Positions 10,001 to 19,497 of a DNA stretch of 64,000 bases are shown one piece after another. Position 1 is the stretch's first letter, and every line of letters starts with the position of its first letter. Below the pieces are notes generated by a model, which worked only from the letters and a program-made list of their open reading frames with translations, was not told the origin of the DNA and made no database searches. The position numbers and the translations under genes were made by a program. Source of the stretch: an uncultured delta proteobacterium (GTDB lineage: Bacteria; Desulfobacterota; Binatia; Binatales; Binataceae); contig CAVQEQ010000004.1 in assembly GCA_963711565.1 (NCBI GenBank), positions 384,001 to 448,000 of the forward strand. Direction: 5' to 3'.

Positions 10001-10269
10001 CGGCGATCGAGGCCGGCCGCATCCGCTTCCGCCCGATTATTATGACCGCGCTCGCGATGATTCTGGGGATGCTTCCGATGGCGCTCTCGCTCGGTTCCGG
10101 TTCCGAGCAGAATGCGCCGCTCGGGCGCGCCGTGATTGGCGGCTTGATGGCTGCCACAATGATGACGTTATTCGTCGTGCCGGCCGTATATTCGATCTTC
10201 GGTCGCGACGTGATCGGAAAAAAACAGCGCGACGCCGAGATCGAGGCGATCACGCTGCCGGGTGCTTAA
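7045..10269 (+). CDS. RND efflux permease (AcrB/CzcA superfamily)
   Basis: 1074 aa with 12 TM pattern; GMLVDDATVEVENI and RFRPIIMTALAMILGMLPMAL. Confidence 0.95.
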   Translation: MWIVRLALRRPLSVAVMALLMLVLGVLSFGLMNVDIFPAINLPVVMVVWNYPGLSAFNVERRMVFISERAYSTTVNGIEHIESESINGIGLLKVYFQPDTDIGGAIAQINAVSETILSNLPRGIEPPQIISYNASNVPVAQLNIYSDVLSTAKLFDYGLNFIRIQLFTIPGFSSPAPLGGVQRAVMANLDPTALYANGLSAYNVGNALDATNVVIPSGTAKMGNYEYNVNMNMSVPKVADFNKLPIKYLNGAPVFLADVAHVTDTHQPQTNVVRFNGQQATYLLVVKHADASTLTVVDAVKAKLPDIRATAPKGLNVLLTFDQSQFVRAALRDVVQEAVTAAALVAIMVLLFLGSPRSMIIVITSIPLSILTSIIFLHLSGQTINTMTLGGIALAVGMLVDDATVEVENIHRNQALDKPLLVAILDGASQIATPTFVGTLAICIVFFPVVLLTGVAKFLFTPLALAVVFAMLTSYLLSRTLVPSMARLLLPEDHEENLGTGLWGRIVRGFDARFEKLKGFYRFALAKFIARRNFSLVFVAIIILSSSAMLLVVGEDFFPSIDAGMMSLHVRMPTGTRIEHTEYMVDKIERSIRTVVPDAELLGISDNIGLPLSYDLAFYQTDTIGPQDCDILIQLKPDHKPTAGYQQKIRELLTVQYPNVTAYFQAADIVSQVLNFGLPAAIDAQINGNDLQADYDIALRLKDKMALIPGVSDLRIAEPQDYPSFMVNVDRDKALQLGITQNEVASSMLATLSGATLLQPNFWLDPKNGVNYLVVAQSPQHLIDSVASLSNIPLSTPSSNNGINGDASSTSGTPATQGQAQLLGNLGTITHNWDPAVVAHYTVQRVIDVDAAVHGRDLGSVASAVQREINGLGKLPAGTHVVIRGQSQAMRDSFRTLGEGLVLAIVLVYLLMVANFQSWLEPFVIMMAVPGALAGVLWMLAITGTTINVESLMGAIMAVGVGVANGNLLITFANELREEGYSPVAAAIEAGRIRFRPIIMTALAMILGMLPMALSLGSGSEQNAPLGRAVIGGLMAATMMTLFVVPAVYSIFGRDVIGKKQRDAEIEAITLPGA

Positions 10270-10278
10270 TAACAGTAT

Positions 10279-11424
10279 ATGTCCGAACAAGAAGACGATC
10301 CGAAGAATTTCAGCGTGCCCGCCCCGGGGGGATTTTTCTTCGCCGGATGGGTCATCGCGATCATCGTCGCGCTGGTCGCGACCGCTGGCCTCGTACTCGC
10401 CCGCGAGATATGGCTCGGCCGCCAGACGTCGCAACTCGCGCAGGAGCAGGCGCCCGGTCCACACGTGCTCGTCTCCAATGTTCTGCAAGCTCCGTCGACG
10501 CGCGATCTGAAACTGCCGGCCACCATTCGCGGCTTCGACGAGACCGACATCTACGCGAAGGTTCCCGGCTATCTGAAGACCATCAAGGTTGACAAGGGCG
10601 ACCGCATACACAAGGGCCAACTGCTCGCCGTGCTCACATCGCCCGAACTCGATCAGCAGGTCGCCAACGCGCGCGCCAACTACAACCTCGCGCTCGTTAC
10701 CGACAAGCGCAATCAGATCCTGGTGCGCCAACAGGTCGTCCCGCAGCAGACCGCCGATGAAACCCACTACACGATGCTCCAGGACAAGGCCACTCTCGAA
10801 CAGGACATCGCCACTCAGCAGTACGAAACGATCACGGCGCCGTTCGACGGCATCGTCACCGCGCGCTACATCGATCCGGGCCACCTCGTGCCCGCGAACA
10901 CGACCCCTGGCACACCCGGCTCGGGTGCTATCATCTCTGTTTCTCGCATGAGTCCGCTCCGCGTATTCATCTACGTGCCGCAGAACGTCGCGCCGTTCAT
11001 CAAGGACGGCGACGCCGCCACAATCACGGCTATCGGCTACGCCGGACAAAAATTTGCCGGCACCATCACGCGTCATCCCGAAGCGCTGTCGGCCGACACG
11101 CGCACGATGCTGGTAGAAGTGGACCTACCCAACGAAAACGAAGCCCTATATCCCGGAATGTACGCAACCGCCGAATTCACCGTAACGATGGGCACAGGAT
11201 CCCCGATGGTCCCCGACGACGCGCTGGTATTCCGCAACGGCAAAGTCTACGTCCCGGTGGTGAGGAACAACCAGTTACACCTGGCCGAAGTAGAACTGGG
11301 CTACGACAATGGCCAGACCGTAGAAGTCCTTAGCGGCGTCAACACCAGCGATAAGGTAGCAGTCAACGTAGGCCAGGCGGCGCGCGACGGCGAAAACGTC
11401 CAACCTGTGGAGAACACCCAATAG
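10279..11424 (+). CDS. RND periplasmic adaptor (membrane fusion protein)
   Basis: Lipoyl half-motifs AKVPGYLKTIKVDKGD and ITAPFDGIVT; LYPGMY. Confidence 0.92.
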   Translation: MSEQEDDPKNFSVPAPGGFFFAGWVIAIIVALVATAGLVLAREIWLGRQTSQLAQEQAPGPHVLVSNVLQAPSTRDLKLPATIRGFDETDIYAKVPGYLKTIKVDKGDRIHKGQLLAVLTSPELDQQVANARANYNLALVTDKRNQILVRQQVVPQQTADETHYTMLQDKATLEQDIATQQYETITAPFDGIVTARYIDPGHLVPANTTPGTPGSGAIISVSRMSPLRVFIYVPQNVAPFIKDGDAATITAIGYAGQKFAGTITRHPEALSADTRTMLVEVDLPNENEALYPGMYATAEFTVTMGTGSPMVPDDALVFRNGKVYVPVVRNNQLHLAEVELGYDNGQTVEVLSGVNTSDKVAVNVGQAARDGENVQPVENTQ

Positions 11425-11641
11425 GCCTTCGAATCGAGCGCTCGCGCCAGCTTCGAGCTCTCGCCATTGCAAGGGACAATCGCGCTCTCGAACAGCATCC
11501 CGCGCCTGTTGCGATGATCCCTTTTCGCTCTTTTCATTCAGCGCGCGATCTGCTTTGCCGCCCCGAAGCCGGCGGCAGAAGCTGATCGTGGCCGCGCGAG
11601 CGAATCTAATTCTTCGACACTTTGCAGGGGAGGAATTTTAC

Positions 11642-11962
11642 ATGCGGTATCTACGAATATTTGTGGCCGGTTGCGCGATCCTCGCTGCCTCGGGATGCTC
11701 GAAATCCAATCCTCTTCTGGGCAAATGGAAGCTGGCGCCGAACTCCGGCAACGAATGCTTCCAGCTCGGCTCGATCCAGTTCGGCGACAAAACCATGACG
11801 ATGGTCACGCCCCTGGCGCCAATAACCATGCCGGTGACCTATTCGCGCGATGGCGACAACTATATGGTCACCGCGTCGAGCGGCCAGGCCTTTGAGTTTC
11901 AGGTAGAAAGCGGCGGCATCAAGGCAGTCTCCCCCGAATGCCACCTGGTGCCGGACAACTAG
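11642..11962 (+). CDS. Small lipoprotein
   Basis: RBS GGAGG, lipobox AASG-C and NPLLGKW motif. Confidence 0.65.
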   Translation: MRYLRIFVAGCAILAASGCSKSNPLLGKWKLAPNSGNECFQLGSIQFGDKTMTMVTPLAPITMPVTYSRDGDNYMVTASSGQAFEFQVESGGIKAVSPECHLVPDN

Positions 11963-12061
11963 TCGCAGATCGCCTTCCTCCCTGCGATCGTTCCTCTTCA
12001 CGGTTAGGGGTAGGGGTTCCCGACAATATCACCCACCCCGCGACTCCGATAAACTCGCGGT

Positions 12062-12895
12062 GTGCCGAAACACCTGACACTCCGCGTCCACCTTCCGCCC
12101 GCGCTCGCACAACAGCTTGGGGCGCGGCGCAAGCAAACCGGACAAACTCTGTCCGCGATCATCATCCAGGCACTTGAACGGCTGCTTGGCGACGAAGATC
12201 AGACCGTATTTCAAACCTCGACCGTAAACGCCCTGATGGAAGGCGTATCCACCGGCGACATGACGATGGGCGAGCTCAAGACTCATGGCGACTTCGGGCT
12301 GGGCACCTTCGACGGGCTCGACGGCGAGATGATCGAGCTCGACGGCAAGGTCTTCCAGGTGCGCGCCGACGGGCACGCGCATCCGGTGGAGGATTCCGCG
12401 CGCACGCCGTTCGCGACGGTAAGTTTTTTCAAGGCCGACGAGAGCGCGCGCGTCGATCGCCCGTGCGACCAGCCTGCGATGCTCGCGGCGGTCGCCGCGA
12501 TGCTGCCCTCGCAGAATATCTTCCACGCGGTCCGCATCGAAGGCCGCTTCGCCTACGTGAAGACTCGCGCCGTCGCGAAACAGGACAAGTCAGTCGGCCT
12601 CGAGGATGCGGTGCGCGAAGAGCCAATCTTCGAGTTTCACGACGTCGAGGGCACCATCGTGGGTTTCTTCACGCCCGACTATCTGCGCGGCGTCAACGTC
12701 CCCGGCTACCATCTGCACTTCATCACCGCCGACCGCTCGGCCGGCGGCCACATGCTCGATTGCCGCACCAGGGACGTGACGATCAAAATCCATCACACGC
12801 CCGAATTCGAACTGGGCACTCCCGGCACCGAAGAATTCCTGCAAGCCGATCTCTCGCGCGACCACACTGCCGCCATCACGAAGGTCGAACACTAG
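12062..12895 (+). CDS. budA: Alpha-acetolactate decarboxylase with an N-terminal RHH-like extension
   Basis: FQTST..ALMEG, HGDFGLGTFDGLDGEMI, TPFA, GYHLHF and GGH (Zn ligands). Confidence 0.9.
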   Translation: MPKHLTLRVHLPPALAQQLGARRKQTGQTLSAIIIQALERLLGDEDQTVFQTSTVNALMEGVSTGDMTMGELKTHGDFGLGTFDGLDGEMIELDGKVFQVRADGHAHPVEDSARTPFATVSFFKADESARVDRPCDQPAMLAAVAAMLPSQNIFHAVRIEGRFAYVKTRAVAKQDKSVGLEDAVREEPIFEFHDVEGTIVGFFTPDYLRGVNVPGYHLHFITADRSAGGHMLDCRTRDVTIKIHHTPEFELGTPGTEEFLQADLSRDHTAAITKVEH

Positions 12896-12899
12896 AGCA

Positions 12900-13484
12900 T
12901 CACAGCGCGGCGAAGCTGCGATTTTCGTGCGGCCACGGCGGCGCCTCGGCGATCGCGCCGAGCACGTCTTCGGGCTGATCGACGACCGACCACATTTTGC
13001 GATGACGCTCGTCCATGAAACGCCGCTCGATGCAGCTTTCCAGGAACGACACGCAGGGGGAATAGAAGCCGAGAGTGTTGACCAGCACGATCGGGCCGCC
13101 GAACAGGCCGAGCCGCTTCCACGTGATCGCTTCGAACAGCTCCTCGAGCGTGCCGCATCCGCCCGGCAGCGCGATCACTGCATCGACCTCGTCGATCATC
13201 AGCCGTTTGCGTTCGTGCAGGTCGTTTACGATCACCAACTCGCTCAAGCCGCGATGCCCCCATTCCAAGTCGTACATGAATCGCGGCAGCACGCCGATCA
13301 CGCGGCCGCCTTCAGCCAGCGCCGCCTCCGCCAGATGCCCCATCGAGCCGACGCTGCCGCCGCCATAAACCAGCGTCACCTTGTTGCGCGCCAGCTCGCG
13401 ACCCAGCCGCGCGGCGGCGTCATGATAACGAACGTCGCACTGACGACTCGACGCGCAATAAACGCAAACTCGCTTGATAGCCAT
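12900..13484 (-). CDS. LOG-family nucleotide phosphoribohydrolase
   Basis: LVYGGGSVGSMG, HERKRLM and PGGCGTLEE. Confidence 0.92.
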   Translation of the reverse strand: MAIKRVCVYCASSRQCDVRYHDAAARLGRELARNKVTLVYGGGSVGSMGHLAEAALAEGGRVIGVLPRFMYDLEWGHRGLSELVIVNDLHERKRLMIDEVDAVIALPGGCGTLEELFEAITWKRLGLFGGPIVLVNTLGFYSPCVSFLESCIERRFMDERHRKMWSVVDQPEDVLGAIAEAPPWPHENRSFAAL

Positions 13485-13530
13485 CGCGCGATCGTATCCG
13501 ACCGATTCGCGCTCATCCAGACAGCGCGCT

Positions 13531-14769
13531 CTACTTTTTGCCCTCGCTATTCTTCCACGTGGGCATCATCGCGTTCGACGGGACCTGTTCGCCGCGCGCC
13601 TTGCGCGCGCTTTCGATTCCCGCGATCGGCAGACCTTTGGGATCGAGCACGCCGAGTTGAGCGAGCATCGACGCCTGGTCCCAGTAGATATGCTCGTTGT
13701 AAAGCTTGTCGCCGCGAAACTCGATCACAACGACGGTCGGAACTTCGGCGTATTTTCCGGTCGGCGCGACGCCGGGCACCAGGAAATCGATTTCACAGTC
13801 GTGCGTGAAACAGAAAATCAATTCGTCCACCACCCGGTCCGATCCAATGGTGCGCGAAATCGGCACCACCTTCGTGTCCGCGGGCAGGCGCGAGATGAAG
13901 TGGTACTTGTAGAACCGATGCAGCTGCTCGACGCCGTAGCCGCCGGTCAGGGTCGGCACGTGATTGACGTAGGCGTCGAGCGTCATCGTGGCGATCGTCG
14001 CGTCGGCATCGCGATCCTTGAATTCCTGATCGACGTGGATGTCCCACAGCGCGCTGAGGTCGTAGCGTGGGCCGAGCGTGCGCCGGAACAGCCCGATCGA
14101 GCGCGAGCGCGCGAGCTGCGCCGCGAACGGATCGTAAGCCTCAGCGCGCCGATCATTGTTGAACGCGTGACCGGCGTCGGCGTAGACGTAAAACTCGGCA
14201 TCGTCATGCGCGCTGAACGCGGCGCGAATCTTGTCGCGCGTCTCGGGCGGCACGGCGGCATCTTTGCCGCCGAAGTGGAAAATGATGGGGCATCGCACTG
14301 ATTTCACTTCGTCGAGATGACCGTCCATGCGCGTGCCGTAGTAGCTGACCGCGGCGTCCACGCCCAGCCGCGCCGCGGAAAGGAAGGCGAGGCGTCCGCC
14401 GAGACAATAGCCGACCGCGCCGAGTTTGCCTTTGAACTCGGGCCGCGCCTTCAGCGCCGCGAAAGCGTCGCCGATATCGCGCACGCTCTGATCGATATCG
14501 AAACGTCCGCCAAGCTCGCGCGCGGTCTTGACGTTGTCGGGACTGAAGCCGAGATCGATGCCGGGCTTCAGTCGCCAGAACAAATCCGGCGCGAGCGCGA
14601 CGTAGCCTTCTTCGGCCCACCGGTTGACGACCGAGCGGATATGCGCGCTCACCCCGAAAATTTCCTGGAGCACGAGCAGCCCCGGCCCCGAGCCCGACGC
14701 GGGTGTCGCAAGGTAGCCGCTGAACGTTCCACCGTCGTGCGCTTTGATCGTGATGTTCTTGCCGCCCAT
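13531..14769 (-). CDS. Dienelactone hydrolase fused to a SnoaL/NTF2-like domain
   Basis: QEIFGV, GYCLGG nucleophile elbow and GHAF; C-terminal YVNHVPT...EHIYWDQAS. Confidence 0.88.
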   Translation of the reverse strand: MGGKNITIKAHDGGTFSGYLATPASGSGPGLLVLQEIFGVSAHIRSVVNRWAEEGYVALAPDLFWRLKPGIDLGFSPDNVKTARELGGRFDIDQSVRDIGDAFAALKARPEFKGKLGAVGYCLGGRLAFLSAARLGVDAAVSYYGTRMDGHLDEVKSVRCPIIFHFGGKDAAVPPETRDKIRAAFSAHDDAEFYVYADAGHAFNNDRRAEAYDPFAAQLARSRSIGLFRRTLGPRYDLSALWDIHVDQEFKDRDADATIATMTLDAYVNHVPTLTGGYGVEQLHRFYKYHFISRLPADTKVVPISRTIGSDRVVDELIFCFTHDCEIDFLVPGVAPTGKYAEVPTVVVIEFRGDKLYNEHIYWDQASMLAQLGVLDPKGLPIAGIESARKARGEQVPSNAMMPTWKNSEGKK

Positions 14770-15130
14770 GTGGAGGACTCCTTGTCGATTTCATATATCA
14801 CCGAGGCTCGGGGTGGTCACGTTCTCAAAATAGGCCGGCATTGGGCGAAACTGAATCGAAGATCGATGGGAGACGAGGTGCAGCGGTGCAACGATCAATT
14901 TGAGGCGAATGCTACAAAGTGGAGGATTATCAAAACATCGCGATCCGAGCCGGCAGACGTGAAGTTTGGTGAATAATCCGCCTAATCAAAGGGAAAAATT
15001 CACCACCCGGCACCCTTCTGACTTATGCGCCGAATAGTCCGATTTTCCGTCTTCTGACGGTCCAAGTCTTGCGATGACAAGCCTTGTGATGGTGCGTTGC
15101 GCCCTTGAGGCAAACGCCCGGGAGGGATCG

Positions 15131-15313
15131 ATGCGACTCAACGGCAGAACGATATTCAAGTCGTCGCATGATCTGATTCTGATTGTTGGCGCGATGATCG
15201 CGTTAGCGATGATTGTCGCGAAAATGGTTCACAACTGGAGAAGTCTGCCGGCAAGTCTGGGAATGAACAATGCGGCAGTGATGGTAGCGGACAGCCGTAA
15301 CGTGCTTCGCTGA
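15131..15313 (+). CDS. Small single-TM hypothetical protein
   Basis: GGAGG RBS before ATG 15131; one hydrophobic segment. Confidence 0.4.
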   Translation: MRLNGRTIFKSSHDLILIVGAMIALAMIVAKMVHNWRSLPASLGMNNAAVMVADSRNVLR

Positions 15314-15524
15314 TCGAGTTTCGTTCAAGCTTGCGATGGGGTGAGGGGAGACCCATCGCGAGCAGGTTCCTGGAGCAGGCCCGGAATTCCGTGCCTGTTT
15401 TCTTTTTTGATTCTGCGCGCCGCCGTCAAGCGCAAAATTCACGTAACCGCCTTTTGTCATAGACGTACTGCATTTACGACAGTAAAATGCGTGCGCAAAG
15501 GAAAGTTAAGATTCGGCGGGGACA

Positions 15525-18062
15525 GTGACAGGGCGATCATTGGGGGGTTGGGTGCTGGGTGCGGCGGCGTTTGTCGCAGTTGTCTCGGGCACAAATATAA
15601 TTGGCCATGCGGCGGTCCTGCCGGGCAAATCTCGCACTGACGGCGTGCATCGGGCAGCACGCGCGCTGGAGCCCGGCTTCACCGGAACGACGCTCTACCG
15701 CAACGATAATTTCCGCACCGGGCAAAACCTCGCCGAGAGCATCCTGACTCCATCGACGGTCACGGCGTCGCAATTCGGTTTGCAGTTTACCGACGCGATC
15801 GACGGGGCTGCCTACGCTGAGCCCCTGTACGTCCCCAACGTGTCGATCCCGGGTCAGGGAACGCACAACGTCGTGTACGTCGCGACGGAAAACGACAGCC
15901 TCTATGCCTTCGACGCCGACAGTGCGGGACCTGCCCTTTGGCAGACAAGCTTTATCAATCCAGCGCTTGGAATTACCGCGGTGCCCGCGACAGATCTCGG
16001 ATGCGGCGACCTTACGCCGATTATCGGGATCACCGCGACACCGGTGATCGATCCCAACACCGGGACACTTTACGTCGTGTCCAAGGTCAAGCTGGGTCCC
16101 GGCATCTATCAGCAGCAACTTCACGCGCTCGACATCACGACCGGACTCGAGCAGGCGAACAGCCCGGTAACGATTGCGGCGAGTGTGGCGGGAACCGCAC
16201 CTGATGCGGTCAAGGGGATCATTACCTTCAATCCGCTGCTGCAACACGACCGGCCGGCACTGACGCTCGACAACGGCGTGGTGTATTTGAGCTTCGCGTC
16301 GCATTGCGACATCACGCCCTACCATGGATGGATTCTCGGCTACGATGAAACGTCATTGAAGCAGGAGATCGTTTACAACACGACGCCGAACGGCGACGAT
16401 GGCGGCATCTGGGAGTCGGGATGCGGTCCGGGCGTCGACAGCAACGGCGATCTGATCGCGATCAGCGGCAACGGGACTTTCGATACCGGCGCGTCCCCGG
16501 TCGATTACGGCGACAGCTTTCTGCGGCTGACGCCCGGTGTCGGAACAACCGGGACAATGACAGTCAGCAGCTTCTTCACGCCGCTCAACGAGCTCCTGCT
16601 CGAGGATGACGACCTGGACATGGGTTCGGGTGGCAACCTGATGCTGCCGACTCAGCCCGGGCCGTATCCCGATCTGATGGTCGGCGCGGGCAAGGTCGGC
16701 AACCTCTATCTCGTGAATCGCGACAGCATGGGCGGATTCAACGCGAGCACGGATCAGATGGTCCAGGAGCTTGACTCCGCCGTGGGTGGGATGTTCAGCA
16801 CGGCCGCGTACTGGCAGGGAAACGTGCCGGGTGTTGGCCTGCAGAACATGATCTACACGGTTGGGGAAACTGATGTGCCCAAGATGTTTGTAATCTCGAA
16901 TGGAGTGATCCAGACGCCGCCGATGTCGGCCGCGTCAAAGTTTGCGTTTGCGTTCCCGGGAGCGTCGCCGGTTATCTCGGCTAACGGCACGACCGGCGGC
17001 ATCTTGTGGGCAATCAACAGCTCGGCCTACAAGACGGGTGGTAGTTCGGTGCTCTATGCCTTCGATGCTACCAACCTGGGGACCGAGCTGTACGACAGCA
17101 ACATGTTCAGTGCGGACAATCCCGGACTCGCGGTGAAGTTTACGGTTCCGACGGTAGCTAACGGCTCAGTATACGTGGGAACTCAGACTCAACTCGCGGT
17201 TTTCGGATTGTTCCCCGACGGGAGAAACCCGCCGACGCCGACTGCGACAGCCACAGCGACCGCAACTGCCACCGTGACTCCCACGCCAACCGCGACCATC
17301 ACGGCCACGCCGACGACAACACCGACGCCGACCGCGACCATCACGGCGACGCCGACAGCGACCGCGACTCCTACCGCGAGCATCATACCGACGCCTACCG
17401 TGATGCCGACGCCGACTCCCTTGCCGAGCCCGGTCTTCGCTACGCTCGCGGCCAACCCTACGTCGCTCTCGTTCCCGGACGAGGTTGTGGGCCATCAGAG
17501 CAAGTCGGAAAACATAAAGGTGACCAACACCGCTGCGATCGCGGAAGTAAGTTTGGCGCAGCCGACCGTCACTGGTGGATTCGTCGTGACCTCGTACGAT
17601 TGCCCGTCGGTGCTGCCGCCCCGAACCTCCTGTACGATTGGCGTCGCATTCGTTCCTCCCGCGAAAGGCAAGCAAAACGGACAGCTCCAGTTGACCAGCA
17701 ACGCCGAGTTCGGATCACGCGCAGTCAAACTCAAGGGCAAAGGCGTCGCACCGAAGATAAAGGCGCGGCCAAAATCGCTAAGCTTCCAGCAAGTATCGCC
17801 CGATGCCGTCAGCTCCCCTCAGAGCATCACGCTCGTCAATGACAGTCCGGCGCCAATCTCGTTCACTACGGCTCCAGCAGCGACCCCGCCCTTCAACGTG
17901 ACCGCAAACACCTGCAACACAATTGCGGCGAACGGAGGTACTTGCACAATCTCGGTCGAATTCGCTCCTAACAAACGCGGCAAGTACCACGGCACTCTCG
18001 AAATTCATGACGATGCGGCCGATAACCCTCAGCACATAAAGCTCTTCGGCAACTCGAAATAG
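15525..18062 (+). CDS. Secreted PQQ-like beta-propeller protein with Thr/Pro linker and two ASH/choice-of-anchor-D Ig-like domains
   Basis: Signal segment, motifs VYVATENDSLYAFDA, GITATPVID and VKFTVPTVANGSVYVGT, a TATPTPT linker, and C-terminal CTI.V.F.P..G domains. Confidence 0.8.
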   Translation: MTGRSLGGWVLGAAAFVAVVSGTNIIGHAAVLPGKSRTDGVHRAARALEPGFTGTTLYRNDNFRTGQNLAESILTPSTVTASQFGLQFTDAIDGAAYAEPLYVPNVSIPGQGTHNVVYVATENDSLYAFDADSAGPALWQTSFINPALGITAVPATDLGCGDLTPIIGITATPVIDPNTGTLYVVSKVKLGPGIYQQQLHALDITTGLEQANSPVTIAASVAGTAPDAVKGIITFNPLLQHDRPALTLDNGVVYLSFASHCDITPYHGWILGYDETSLKQEIVYNTTPNGDDGGIWESGCGPGVDSNGDLIAISGNGTFDTGASPVDYGDSFLRLTPGVGTTGTMTVSSFFTPLNELLLEDDDLDMGSGGNLMLPTQPGPYPDLMVGAGKVGNLYLVNRDSMGGFNASTDQMVQELDSAVGGMFSTAAYWQGNVPGVGLQNMIYTVGETDVPKMFVISNGVIQTPPMSAASKFAFAFPGASPVISANGTTGGILWAINSSAYKTGGSSVLYAFDATNLGTELYDSNMFSADNPGLAVKFTVPTVANGSVYVGTQTQLAVFGLFPDGRNPPTPTATATATATATVTPTPTATITATPTTTPTPTATITATPTATATPTASIIPTPTVMPTPTPLPSPVFATLAANPTSLSFPDEVVGHQSKSENIKVTNTAAIAEVSLAQPTVTGGFVVTSYDCPSVLPPRTSCTIGVAFVPPAKGKQNGQLQLTSNAEFGSRAVKLKGKGVAPKIKARPKSLSFQQVSPDAVSSPQSITLVNDSPAPISFTTAPAATPPFNVTANTCNTIAANGGTCTISVEFAPNKRGKYHGTLEIHDDAADNPQHIKLFGNSK
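17231..17430 (+). repeat. Low-complexity Thr/Ala/Pro coding repeat (linker)
   Basis: Translates to PTPTATATATATATVTPTPTATITATPTTTPTPTATITATPT... Confidence 0.85.
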
Positions 18063-18129
18063 AGAGTCGCAAGCGCGCAAAACCCCGCTTGCCGGGGGTT
18101 TCGCGATCTGAAACCCTTAGCCAATCGAC

Positions 18130-19488
18130 GTGCGCCTCGCGCGCGCAATCGCGATGCAGGCCGCTAATCCAAACCGCTCGTCCGAAAAACTGAAAGTAGC
18201 GCCGTGGATTCCGAGGCCGCGCCGTTACCTGGCGGCGTTGTTCGCGATGCTGATGTCGGCCACGATTTTCGAAGGCTACGACATCACGATCTTCCACCTG
18301 GCGACGCCCGAGATCGCGCGGACCTTTCACCTGGCCGATCCCTCCATCGGCCTGATGGCTAGCATCGTGCGCTTCGGCGGGATGCTGTCGTTCTTTGTGG
18401 TAATCCTCGCCGATCGTTACGGCCGTAAACCGATCATCTCGGTAACCGTACTCTGCTACACGACGCTCACCTTGTTCACTGCGCTCTCCAGAGGCGTGGC
18501 CTCGTTTACGATCTTTCAAAGCCTGGCGCAGATATTCCTCGCCGCTGAGTTCGGGGTCGCGGTCACGATGATCAGCGAGGAGTTTCCCGACGAACGCCGC
18601 GGCCGCGCGATCGCGGCGCTGCACATGGTGGCGTTTCTCGGAGTCACTGCCGCCGCTCTCACCTACGCGCTCATGGCGGAATCGCGATGGGGATGGCGCG
18701 GGATGTACCTGCTCGGGATCGCGCCGCTGGTGATGGTTTGGTATTTGCGGCGCGGACTGCGCGAGACGGCCCGCTTCACCGCGCTCGAGCGGGCGCGGAC
18801 GACGGCGGGCCAGGCGCGTCCGGCATTCTGGACGTCGATTCGCAATTGCCTGACGCCGCTTGCCGGTCCGTACCGGTCGCGCCTGCTGTTGATGGCCGGC
18901 CTATGGAACTCGATCGGATTGATCGGCGGGCCGACCGTTACCTACTTCAGCCTCTATGCCAAACGCGATCATCATTGGAAATCTCATCAGGTCGCCGCGG
19001 CAATAATTGCGGCCTACGCCTTGGGCACGATCGGCAGCATGCTGAGCGGATTTCTGATGGACCGGCTGGGACGAAAATTCACCACCAGCTTTTTCTACCT
19101 GATGTCGGCGGCGGCGATGTACGTGCTGTTCACCAGCGACACCTACGGCGCAATCCTCGCGGGCGAAGTCGTCACGATGTTCGCGTATCAAGCGGCGCGC
19201 ACCGCGACCTCGGCGCTCTCGACCGAGTTGTTTCCGACCGCCATTCGAGCGACCGGATACAATCTGTGCGTGCAGGTGATCGGACAGATCTGCTGGATGC
19301 TGTCGCCGGTCGTTATCGGCATGCTGTCGCCGCGGGTTGGCGGCTTGGGCAACGCGGCGGCCCCATTCGCGATCGGCCCGCTGATTGGCGTCGTGCTGGT
19401 AATCTGGTTCGTCCCCGAAACTCGCGGCAAGACCCTGGAGGAACTCTCGCCGGGCGTCGGAGAAGCGCCGTCTGCTACGACAGAATAA
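18130..19488 (+). CDS. MFS transporter (aromatic acid/sugar porter-like)
   Basis: FEGYD, LADRYGRK, DRLGRK, ELFPTAIRATG and VPETRGKTLEE; start uncertain. Confidence 0.9.
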   Translation: MRLARAIAMQAANPNRSSEKLKVAPWIPRPRRYLAALFAMLMSATIFEGYDITIFHLATPEIARTFHLADPSIGLMASIVRFGGMLSFFVVILADRYGRKPIISVTVLCYTTLTLFTALSRGVASFTIFQSLAQIFLAAEFGVAVTMISEEFPDERRGRAIAALHMVAFLGVTAAALTYALMAESRWGWRGMYLLGIAPLVMVWYLRRGLRETARFTALERARTTAGQARPAFWTSIRNCLTPLAGPYRSRLLLMAGLWNSIGLIGGPTVTYFSLYAKRDHHWKSHQVAAAIIAAYALGTIGSMLSGFLMDRLGRKFTTSFFYLMSAAAMYVLFTSDTYGAILAGEVVTMFAYQAARTATSALSTELFPTAIRATGYNLCVQVIGQICWMLSPVVIGMLSPRVGGLGNAAAPFAIGPLIGVVLVIWFVPETRGKTLEELSPGVGEAPSATTE

Positions 19489-19497
19489 ATCGCAACG

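Noticed and set aside
7024-10592. Long alternative-frame and antisense ORFs over the RND gene, and likewise over lon, hppA, hpnR, ACAD, malQ and CaiB
   Set aside because: These are shadow ORFs expected from high-GC codon bias opposite well-supported genes, with Arg/Ala-rich composition and no motifs.
7045-11424. RND gene placed before the adaptor, with no outer-membrane factor
   Set aside because: This arrangement is common, and a TolC-like partner is often encoded elsewhere.
17231-17430. Tandem repeats resembling a CRISPR or VNTR array
   Set aside because: They are degenerate codons for a Thr/Pro linker inside a CDS, with no constant repeat-spacer structure.
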